Assembly: GCA_964406475.1 (NCBI GenBank)
Contig: CAYORS010000001.1
Coordinates: 35,881 to 99,880 of the forward strand
Length of the DNA: 64,000 bases
Direction: 5' to 3'
Source of the DNA: an uncultured Candidatus Saccharibacteria bacterium
GTDB taxonomy: Bacteria > Patescibacteriota > Minisyncoccia > Phycocordibacterales > CAIRYW01
Under the pieces are notes generated by a model. It saw only the letters and a program-made list of their open reading frames with translations. It did no database searches and was not told where the DNA came from. Both the position numbers and the translations under genes were made by a program. Below, piece after piece: positions 28,477-36,573 of this stretch (positions within the stretch are counted from its first letter, which is position 1; each line of letters begins with the position of its first letter).

Positions 28477-29531
28477 TGTCATATCTACAGTCACAAAAAA
28501 ACATACTCTTTCTAGGATTTTTGGTTTTTGCTTGTGGCTGCATATTCTCACATCAACAAGTTTTTGGTGCAACAGACACCCTTCCTATACCGACAGAAAT
28601 AGACGATCTCGAAGAGCAAGTAAGCACACGAATAACTCCAAAATACCCTCGCCCTGGAGAAGATGTGACAATTACTCTTGAGGCATACGGCACAGATCTT
28701 AATGCAGCAAACATTATATGGTCAGTAAACGACATAATATTCAAACAAGGAAAAGGTGAAAAGCAGTTTAAAATAAATGCCGGCACATCAGGACAACAAA
28801 CCAATGTGTCTGTTACAATCGAACCTCGAAACGGCAAACCTATTATCAAAAATTTTGTTATCAACCCGCAAACTGTTGATATTTTGTGGGAAGCAGATAC
28901 CTATACACCACCATTTTATAAAGGCAAATCAATGTTTACACCTGAAGATACGATTACCTTTGTAGCAATGCCAAACATAAATAATGAACAACCTGATCCA
29001 AAAACACTTTCATACAAATGGATAGAAAACCAAGAAGTCCAAGGAAGCAAATCTGGTTATGGGCAAAACACCTTCAAGCACACAGGAGGCATTCTTATGA
29101 AACCCGTCGAAATAAATGTGGAAGCCTCAACAGAAGGGGGACAAAAAGCTTTTAATACTATTTTTCTTCGATCTATATTCCCTGAGGTCAATCTCTATGA
29201 AGACCATCCGTTATATGGTTTCTTGTTTAATAAAGAAATAAGCGGTGTTTTTCCTTTTGGCGAAAGAGAGGAGGGTACAATTGCGGCGTTTCCGTTTTTT
29301 TTGAGTACATTAAACAGAATAACAAAAAGCATTGTTTACAATTGGACTGTCAATTATAATAAAGTCATAGGTCAGAGCAACAAAAACGAACTCACCCTTC
29401 GTAATACAGAAAATACAGAAGGAAAGTCTTATGTATCTGTTGAAGTGAGAAATAGTGATATTTTTCTACAGAAAGGTGAAACAAACACATATGTTGACTT
29501 CAAGAAAATCAAAAAAATAATAGGTCTCTAA
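28476..29531 (+). CDS. Secreted hypothetical protein (signal peptide)
   Basis: MSYLQSQKNILFLGFLVFACGCIFSHQQVFGA signal-like N-terminus. Confidence 0.5.
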   Translation: MSYLQSQKNILFLGFLVFACGCIFSHQQVFGATDTLPIPTEIDDLEEQVSTRITPKYPRPGEDVTITLEAYGTDLNAANIIWSVNDIIFKQGKGEKQFKINAGTSGQQTNVSVTIEPRNGKPIIKNFVINPQTVDILWEADTYTPPFYKGKSMFTPEDTITFVAMPNINNEQPDPKTLSYKWIENQEVQGSKSGYGQNTFKHTGGILMKPVEINVEASTEGGQKAFNTIFLRSIFPEVNLYEDHPLYGFLFNKEISGVFPFGEREEGTIAAFPFFLSTLNRITKSIVYNWTVNYNKVIGQSNKNELTLRNTENTEGKSYVSVEVRNSDIFLQKGETNTYVDFKKIKKIIGL

Positions 29532-29532
29532 A

Positions 29533-30396
29533 ATGAAAAAATTTTTAATTTTATTTTTTATAACATACAGTGTTGTCATAATCCCCTATTTTTCTTTTGG
29601 AGATAATGGAAAGTACACACCTCTCGCTCCAATACCAGGACTTTCAGATAATGTCGCCCCTATTGATACAGAAAACGGACTCAGTATTTATGTCAACCAG
29701 CTTTATACGTGGGGTGTTGCGCTCGCATCAGGCCTTGCTGTTATGATGATTATTTGGGGAGGAGTGGGATATGTCACAAGCGCAGGAGGTGGAGGAATAG
29801 AAGAAGCTAAAGGCCGTATAAATGCAGCTATTTTAGGACTTCTTCTTGCTCTTGGGTCATATCTTATACTCAAAACAATAAACCCGGAGCTTTTGAAAAC
29901 AACATTTGACTTGGCGACAATCACAGTAAATACCACAACTCAAAATGGTAATGGAGGTAACGGTGGTTTTGGTGGTACAAACCCCACAACAGGAACCATA
30001 ACTGGTGATTATGCATTTCTAAATCAAGTAAACAATGATCCAAACGGAGACCAAATACTTTTTACTGCCTATGGATATGCAGGGGACACCTCTTATGATC
30101 AAAATAGTGCGGAAGGAAGAGGAAACAATGATAATCAATTGACCGAAGGTTCTGTTGCACTTTCTCCTGATCTTATTTCAAAACTGAACCCTTCACCTGG
30201 TGCATCTGTTTTTGTAAACGGTGTGCACGTTGGATATTACGATGATAGCACTTCTCCAGATCTCACAAACCGTGTTGACTTTTATAATCCATCAGGAAGT
30301 TTGGGGGGGAATAATTTTTCAAAACCAGTAACAGGAACAGTCACAGTTGACAACAGTAGCGTCCGACCCCAAAAACCCAACCCTTCAAAGAAATAA
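29533..30396 (+). CDS. VirB2/TrbC-like conjugative pilin candidate with a long G/N/T-rich C-terminal extension
   Basis: Signal peptide, then two hydrophobic helices (GVALASGLAVMMIIWGGVGYV... and AAILGLLLALGSYLILKTINPEL) in pilin-like arrangement. Then ~170 aa of low-complexity NGNGGNGGFGGT... sequence. Confidence 0.5.
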   Translation: MKKFLILFFITYSVVIIPYFSFGDNGKYTPLAPIPGLSDNVAPIDTENGLSIYVNQLYTWGVALASGLAVMMIIWGGVGYVTSAGGGGIEEAKGRINAAILGLLLALGSYLILKTINPELLKTTFDLATITVNTTTQNGNGGNGGFGGTNPTTGTITGDYAFLNQVNNDPNGDQILFTAYGYAGDTSYDQNSAEGRGNNDNQLTEGSVALSPDLISKLNPSPGASVFVNGVHVGYYDDSTSPDLTNRVDFYNPSGSLGGNNFSKPVTGTVTVDNSSVRPQKPNPSKK

Positions 30397-30436
30397 ACCT
30401 ATACGATAGATATGAGATAATATATAATAAATAGTA

Positions 30437-31807
30437 ATGAAGAAGTTTATTCTATTTATATTAGGTATTATTGTTGCGTTTTTTGCGTTTATAGTGATTC
30501 GTGCTTTTTGGAATAACTCTCACACCAAAAATCCTCAAAACACTCTTACTGTGCTCAAAAATGTTTTACCCTTTTCGCCATCAGAATTTTTGGGTTCCAA
30601 AAATCCGCCTACTGGACAACAGACTAATACAAGCACAGATACTCCACCTCTTTTTATTGATGCAAGTAGTACAGAACAAAGTAGTAATGTTTCCATTATT
30701 CCTCGTATGCGTCATTACACACTTGTACCTACAGCAGGTCAAATAGTTTTGGAAAAGAACAAGGATGTGATTCGAGATAGAGTAAAAGTAAAAGAAAAAG
30801 GTTATTATGTCCGTTATGTGGATAGGGGAACAGGACACATCTTTGAAATCAAAACCGATGCACCAAACTCAACCAAAATATCAAACACTACAATACCAAA
30901 AATATACGAGGCATTTTTCTTACCAAGCGGTAATAGCCTTGTTACACGATTCCTTGATAACAGTGAACAAATCGTCACATATCTTATTGATTTGAAAGAT
31001 AAAATTGCAACATCGACACAAAAAACAGCATCAACAACAAATACGGTTGAGGCCCAGGCTCTTGCAGAAAAACAAACACTGAAAGATGTGAAGGGTGTGT
31101 ACCTGCCTATTGGTATTGACCAAATTTCACTTTCAGCAGGAGGAAAGATTGCCGAGCTTACAAAAGAAAACGAACAAGGTGTTTTGTCTCTTCTTGATAC
31201 ATCGCGTAAACCAAAAATTATGACAACCTCACCTCTTCGAGAATGGCTTATTAATTTCCAAGGTGAAAACCAAATAGTTCTTACAACAAAACCTTCAGGG
31301 CTTTTTGAAGGGTATTCATATGTTTTTGATATCAACACAAGTGGTCTCAAAAAAATCACTGGGGGTATTTTGGGGCTAACTATATTACCCAGTTTTGACA
31401 ATTCAACATACCTTATAGGAGAAGGAGGAGAGAATACCAAACTTTCAATTCTATCCAAAAAAGATAACAAATCAACATCACTTAGTATTCGAGGACTACC
31501 TGAAAAGTGTGTTTGGTCACGGAAAAATGTAACAATCTTATATTGTGCCGCACCAAACAATGTTAAAAACTCACTCTATCCAGACAATTGGTATAAAGGG
31601 AAAATATTTTTTGATGATTCTTTGTGGCAAATTGATACAAAAACAGGAAATATGAAAATACTCTCAAACTTTTCAACAGAGAGTGGGCAAGCTATTGATG
31701 CAATCAATATGGTATTATCTCCAGACGAAACATATGTCACATTTATAAACAAAATAGACCTAACCCTTTGGGGATTAGATCTTTCAAAAACCCCACAAAC
31801 TAACTAG
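30437..31807 (+). CDS. N-terminally anchored large extracytoplasmic hypothetical protein (last gene of the T4SS-like cluster)
   Basis: Single N-terminal TM. No motif recognised. Confidence 0.5.
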   Translation: MKKFILFILGIIVAFFAFIVIRAFWNNSHTKNPQNTLTVLKNVLPFSPSEFLGSKNPPTGQQTNTSTDTPPLFIDASSTEQSSNVSIIPRMRHYTLVPTAGQIVLEKNKDVIRDRVKVKEKGYYVRYVDRGTGHIFEIKTDAPNSTKISNTTIPKIYEAFFLPSGNSLVTRFLDNSEQIVTYLIDLKDKIATSTQKTASTTNTVEAQALAEKQTLKDVKGVYLPIGIDQISLSAGGKIAELTKENEQGVLSLLDTSRKPKIMTTSPLREWLINFQGENQIVLTTKPSGLFEGYSYVFDINTSGLKKITGGILGLTILPSFDNSTYLIGEGGENTKLSILSKKDNKSTSLSIRGLPEKCVWSRKNVTILYCAAPNNVKNSLYPDNWYKGKIFFDDSLWQIDTKTGNMKILSNFSTESGQAIDAINMVLSPDETYVTFINKIDLTLWGLDLSKTPQTN

Positions 31808-32262
31808 TCTTCTTTTTCTTTCAAGAAACGAATAATGAGACGACGATCTTTTCCTTCACCTACAGATTCTGTTTTGACATAAGGAGAACTCTCAAGGTGA
31901 CTGTGTACAACCATTCTTTCATATGAAGACATAGGTTCAAGTTCAACATCAATCTTAAAAGCACGAGCTCTTTCAGCCATCATTGTTGCTTTATTTTTGA
32001 GATAGTTTTCTCGATCTTTTCTTGTATTGTTAATATCAACAATCACCCTCTTTTCTTCACCATATTTTTTTGAAACAATTTTTTTTACAAGGTGTACAAA
32101 TGCTTCGAAGCGCTCGTTTTCTCGTCCTTGAAGGAATTTTTGTTCTGGAATACTTATTGCAAGCAAAAAACTATCTTTTTCAAGAGATATATCAACAACA
32201 AAATCACTTATCCCAATATGGGATATGAGAGTTTCTGTTATTTTTTTTATATCTTCTATCAT
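31804..32262 (-). CDS. jag: Jag-like KH/R3H RNA-binding protein
   Basis: R3H motif LEPMSSYERMVVHSHL. Position downstream of yidC. Confidence 0.75.
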   Translation of the reverse strand: MIEDIKKITETLISHIGISDFVVDISLEKDSFLLAISIPEQKFLQGRENERFEAFVHLVKKIVSKKYGEEKRVIVDINNTRKDRENYLKNKATMMAERARAFKIDVELEPMSSYERMVVHSHLESSPYVKTESVGEGKDRRLIIRFLKEKED

Positions 32263-32298
32263 AAACTTTAATATTAATTATCTTTCGTTCGCTGTCAA

Positions 32299-33009
32299 TT
32301 ATTTTGACTTCATTGACTTTTGAACATATATCTCCTGAAAGACAGTGAAGATGTTACGCACGGTCCAATAAAGGGGAAGTGCTCCTGGGAGATTTGTCGC
32401 AATAAGACCAACAACAAAAGGAAGTACGTACTTTATTTGCATCTGCATTGAGTGGGCGAATTCCTCTTGAATTGTTTTCTTTTTGTTCGGATCTATTTTT
32501 TGTATCTTCAGAGACATAATATGGGCTTGGATGTATTGAGTTACTCCAGCAAAAACTGCTAAAACAACACTCTTTTTACCAATATCTACAATACCCAAAA
32601 AAATCATATTGACAGTATCTGGATTTTTTACAAAAGAATACAAATACTCAGTATGAATAGTAGGTAATCCACGGAAGAAAACATAGTAGAGTGCAATCAA
32701 AATAGGAAACTGAATAAGCATAAGAAAAATAATGGAAAATGGGTTGATTTTGTATTTTTTATACAAATCCATTGTTTGTCGGGCTTGTTCTGTAGGATCT
32801 TTTGTCTTTTCTTTTATTGCCTTAAGCTCTGGCTCGATCTCTTTGAGAACTATTTGGGTTCTAATAGACTTTTTGGAAATAGAAAAAAGTATAATACTTA
32901 CAATAAGTGTAAGTAAAACAACTGCAATTCCTGCATCATGATTAGGAATAATATCAATAATATAAACAAGTCCATTGTAAAGCGGTTTGTAAAACAATGT
33001 ATTAAACAT
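32299..33009 (-). CDS. yidC: Membrane protein insertase YidC (short Gram-positive/CPR form)
   Basis: 236 aa. Conserved ...TEQARQTMDLYKKYKINPFS...LIQFPILIALYYV region. Confidence 0.8.
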   Translation of the reverse strand: MFNTLFYKPLYNGLVYIIDIIPNHDAGIAVVLLTLIVSIILFSISKKSIRTQIVLKEIEPELKAIKEKTKDPTEQARQTMDLYKKYKINPFSIIFLMLIQFPILIALYYVFFRGLPTIHTEYLYSFVKNPDTVNMIFLGIVDIGKKSVVLAVFAGVTQYIQAHIMSLKIQKIDPNKKKTIQEEFAHSMQMQIKYVLPFVVGLIATNLPGALPLYWTVRNIFTVFQEIYVQKSMKSK

Positions 33010-33052
33010 AGGTATTATTGTACACCAATACCCACTTTTCGTATACCAAGCT

Positions 33053-33373
33053 TTATATTTGTTCTAAAATATCCTTAATAGAGGGGATAAGGTCTTTAGT
33101 TTTTAGTTTTTCACACCCACTTTTTATATAAAAAACAGCAAAAATACCCTTTTTTTGATCAAAAGACCTTAAAGCTTCTTTAAAAATGCGCTTTACACGA
33201 TGTCTTGTGACACTTAATCGATAATCTCTCTTGCTTAAAATACAGGCATATTTAAAAGAGTTTGTGTCATTTTTAAGGTATTTAACATTGAAAAATAAGG
33301 AGTTTTTTGAACTCCTTATTTTTGAAATTTGACCAATCTCTTCTCGATTAAGTTGTTTTTTTCGAGAAAGCAT
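33053..33373 (-). CDS. rnpA: Ribonuclease P protein component
   Basis: RNR motif region VTRHRVKRIFKEALR. Located between rpmH and yidC. Confidence 0.75.
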   Translation of the reverse strand: MLSRKKQLNREEIGQISKIRSSKNSLFFNVKYLKNDTNSFKYACILSKRDYRLSVTRHRVKRIFKEALRSFDQKKGIFAVFYIKSGCEKLKTKDLIPSIKDILEQI

Positions 33374-33379
33374 AAGAAA

Positions 33380-33517
33380 CTAGACCGTAGTAACCTTTTT
33401 TCGTCCTTTTCTTATTCTACGGAGAATCACTCTTTTACCATAAGAAGTTTTACTCCTTGCAAGGAATCCATGAACCTTTGCTCGCTTTTTCTTTTTAGGT
33501 TGATATGTAACTGACAT
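33380..33517 (-). CDS. rpmH: 50S ribosomal protein L34
   Basis: [45 protein letters not shown]. Start verified codon by codon at 33515-33517. Confidence 0.85.
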   Translation of the reverse strand: MSVTYQPKKKKRAKVHGFLARSKTSYGKRVILRRIRKGRKKVTTV

Positions 33518-33652
33518 ACTTTGTAATATATCATTGTGTGTGTTTTTTGACAAGAAGGGGACTATTTTTTGAGTTTTCCACATCTTATCAACACACTTAT
33601 TCAATGTTTTCTAGTTTTCCTGTTTTTGTGTGGTTGTATAATATACCTACTT
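33518..33652. promoter_or_regulatory. oriC-proximal rpmH-dnaA intergenic region with DnaA-box variants and the dnaA promoter
   Basis: TTTTCCACA at 33574-33582 and TTATCAACA at 33585-33593. TATAAT at 33637-33642, about 10 nt upstream of the dnaA ATG. Confidence 0.5.
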
Positions 33653-35008
33653 ATGGAAAACAAGGACATATTGTGGAGTAGAGTTCTTTCGGATATGGAA
33701 ATATCCCTCTCAAAAGCAAATTTTGTGATGTGGTTTAAGGATACTTTTATAGTCAAAATCGATGATGGAGTTGTGTATATTGGTGTTCCCAGCGCTTTTA
33801 TAAAAGAGTGGTTCGCAAATAAATACCATAAAATGATCTTTAAGTCTCTTCGAGACACATCGGAACATATAAAAGGAATTGAATACGTTATTGTAAAATC
33901 AGAAAACAGAAAAGATATTGAAGAGAATGAGCGAAAAAAGAAGGTTAATTCTTTTGTGGGAGAACAAGAACTTCCTCTTGCAGACCTCTATATAAACAAA
34001 GATGATAATCTAAACCCCCGTTATACCTTTGAAAGTTTTGTAATTGGACCTTTCAACGAACTTGCTCATGCAGCAGCCCAGGCAATCATTAAAAAACCAG
34101 CATCGTATAACCCCCTCTTTTTTTATGGAGATACAGGGAGAGGAAAGACTCACCTTATACAAGCAATTGGTAACGAACTTAAGAAAAATGATTCGTCAAA
34201 AAGGGTTTATTATATTACATCAGACAAGTTCTATCAGGAGTTTGCAAGCTCAATGCAAGACGGAAAACTCACATCTTTTAAGGATAAATACAAAAAATAC
34301 GATGTTTTTATTATGGATGATATACAGTTTTTGTCAAAAAAAGAAAAAACACAAGAAGAACTCTTCCATCTTTTTAACTACCTAAATGACAATAACAAAC
34401 AAATAATCTTTTCTTCAGACCAGCACCCTAACTACATAAATGATTTGGAAGATCGCCTTAAATCAAGATTTGTATCTGGAATGATTGTTGATATTCCGGC
34501 ACCAGACTATGAATCTCGTGCTGCTATTATTAAAAATAAAACAAAAACAAAAGGTGTTGATCTTAATCCTGTAATAATCGACTACCTAGCAGGGAATGTA
34601 GAGACAAACATCCGAGAACTTGAGGGGATTGTTAATAATATAACATGCCAAATGGAACTTCGAGGAAGAGATTTGGACCTTGCTGAAATAAAACACCTTA
34701 TCAAAGACAGCTCAAAACCAACAAAATCTGTTTCTGTGAAAGATGTTTTGCGAGCAATTTCACAGTTTTATGACATTGAAGAAGCAGCAATAACAGACAA
34801 AACACGAAAAAAAGAAGTGGTGAAACCTCGGCAAGTTGCAATGTTTATTTTAAGAGAAGACTATAACATATCATACCCATCAATCGGTCAAAAAATGGGA
34901 GGAAGAGATCATACAACAGTTATGCATTCGTGTGAAAAAATAAAAAACGACCTCAAAGACAACAACCAACTTTCCCAGGAATTAAGTCAGATACGAGCAA
35001 TGTTATAA
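33653..35008 (+). CDS. dnaA: Chromosomal replication initiator DnaA
   Basis: AAA+ Walker A GDTGRGKTHL and C-terminal DNA-binding helix-turn-helix. Start set at MENKD (33653). Confidence 0.9.
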   Translation: MENKDILWSRVLSDMEISLSKANFVMWFKDTFIVKIDDGVVYIGVPSAFIKEWFANKYHKMIFKSLRDTSEHIKGIEYVIVKSENRKDIEENERKKKVNSFVGEQELPLADLYINKDDNLNPRYTFESFVIGPFNELAHAAAQAIIKKPASYNPLFFYGDTGRGKTHLIQAIGNELKKNDSSKRVYYITSDKFYQEFASSMQDGKLTSFKDKYKKYDVFIMDDIQFLSKKEKTQEELFHLFNYLNDNNKQIIFSSDQHPNYINDLEDRLKSRFVSGMIVDIPAPDYESRAAIIKNKTKTKGVDLNPVIIDYLAGNVETNIRELEGIVNNITCQMELRGRDLDLAEIKHLIKDSSKPTKSVSVKDVLRAISQFYDIEEAAITDKTRKKEVVKPRQVAMFILREDYNISYPSIGQKMGGRDHTTVMHSCEKIKNDLKDNNQLSQELSQIRAML

Positions 35009-35209
35009 AACAGTGGAAATCTTGTGGAAAAGTAGATTTTAAAACCATGTTATACACACAAAAACAAAACTTAAAAAGTAATCAACAAAACATAATCAGC
35101 TTTTTCACAAAAGATATGTGGAATAAAATAACGAAAAAGATATTAAAAACAAGAGGATAAAAAAGTTTTCCACTTATACACAGAGATTAATTATAATTAA
35201 TATTTATTT
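35009..35209. promoter_or_regulatory. dnaA-dnaN intergenic AT-rich region with a DnaA-box cluster (likely oriC core)
   Basis: TGTGGAAAA 35015-35023 (box on the minus strand), TTTTTCACA 35101-35109, TGTGGAATA 35117-35125, TTTTCCACT 35166-35174. Confidence 0.55.
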
Positions 35210-36310
35210 ATGAAAATAGAAATAATAAAAGACAAACTCCTTGCAGCTATCACTCAAGCAGAACGTATTGCGGGAAAACACATATCACTACCTATTCTCT
35301 CTTGCGTCATAATTGAAGCAAGGGAGGGTGTTGTTAGTGTGAAGGCAACAAACCTCGATGTTGGTATAGAAATCTCTGTGGTGGCCAAAATTTTTGAAGA
35401 TGGAGTGGTTGCTCTCCAAGGTTCACTTCTTAAATCTTTTGTCTCGAGCTTAGGTAACAATAAATCCGTTTTGTTTGAAGTTAAGGAGGGTGCTTGTATT
35501 ATTTCTTCTGGATCAAGTGAGGCTTCTTTCAGAATTACTTCACCAGATGATTTTCCTGTGATACCAAGGGTTTCTGGTGACAATCCTCTTGTGATACCTT
35601 CAAAAGATTTTGTTCTAGGGCTTAGGTCTGTTGTGTGGAGTGCTGCTGTTTCATCAATCAAACCCGAGCTTTCAAGTGTTTATATTTATGAAGACGATTC
35701 GTTTCTTGTTTTTGTGGCAACAGACTCTTTCCGTCTTGCAGAGAAGAGGGTTAAAACAAAAAACATTAAAAATTTGGAACCCCTCCTTATTCCATTCAAA
35801 AACAGTCTTGAGATTGTAAGGGTTTTTGAAGATTTTGACGGTGATTTAAAAATTTTTGTTTCAAAAAACCAGCTTTCGATTTTAACAGAAAACATTCACT
35901 TGTCTTCTCGGGTGGTTGATGGTAATTTTCCTGATTACAGACAGATTATTCCAAAAGAATACGAGACAGAAGCAAATATTTTGAAGTCAGATTTTGTTTC
36001 AGCAATTAAAATTTCGGGTATTTTTGCAAATAACTTCAACCAACTCCTTCTTTCTTTTGATACTGCTAATAAAAAAATCGATCTTCTTGCAAAAAATAAT
36101 GATATTGGAGAGGGTAAACAATCCCTCAAGGCTGTTTTAAAAGGTAAAGACGTTTCTATGTCTTTCAATCACAAGTTTATCCTTGATTGTCTCCATATTA
36201 TTGAAGATGAGAATATTGTTTTAAAAATGGCTGGTGTTGGAAAGCCTATGATTATAGCCCCTGCTCATAACCCATCGTTTGTTTACTTGGTAATGTCGAT
36301 GAACAAATAA
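35210..36310 (+). CDS. dnaN: DNA polymerase III beta sliding clamp
   Basis: 366 aa with three-domain clamp pattern. Position after dnaA. Confidence 0.9.
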   Translation: MKIEIIKDKLLAAITQAERIAGKHISLPILSCVIIEAREGVVSVKATNLDVGIEISVVAKIFEDGVVALQGSLLKSFVSSLGNNKSVLFEVKEGACIISSGSSEASFRITSPDDFPVIPRVSGDNPLVIPSKDFVLGLRSVVWSAAVSSIKPELSSVYIYEDDSFLVFVATDSFRLAEKRVKTKNIKNLEPLLIPFKNSLEIVRVFEDFDGDLKIFVSKNQLSILTENIHLSSRVVDGNFPDYRQIIPKEYETEANILKSDFVSAIKISGIFANNFNQLLLSFDTANKKIDLLAKNNDIGEGKQSLKAVLKGKDVSMSFNHKFILDCLHIIEDENIVLKMAGVGKPMIIAPAHNPSFVYLVMSMNK

Positions 36311-36321
36311 AGACTCGTTTT

Positions 36322-36570
36322 ATGAGAGATTTAACAAATTTTCTCGAGAAGTTTAAAAAAATAAAAGATCCCAAGTCGCACATAAGATCTGTTGTTCATA
36401 TAATACAATCTATTATAAATAAAAATATTGATATAAAAAACACTGACCTTAAAGATGGTGTTTTGTATATAAAAAACGACCCATATATAAAAATAGAAAT
36501 CTTGATGCAAAAAGAGAAGATTCTTGATGCACTTACAAAAGAAGGTTTGGGTGTGAAAGATATAAAGTAA
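36322..36570 (+). CDS. DUF721/DciA-like small protein (candidate helicase-loader-related protein)
   Basis: 82 aa. ...DLKDGVLYIKNDPYIKIEILMQKEKILDALTKEGLGVKDIK resembles the DUF721 pattern. Position right after dnaN. Confidence 0.45.
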   Translation: MRDLTNFLEKFKKIKDPKSHIRSVVHIIQSIINKNIDIKNTDLKDGVLYIKNDPYIKIEILMQKEKILDALTKEGLGVKDIK

Positions 36571-36573
36571 GAT

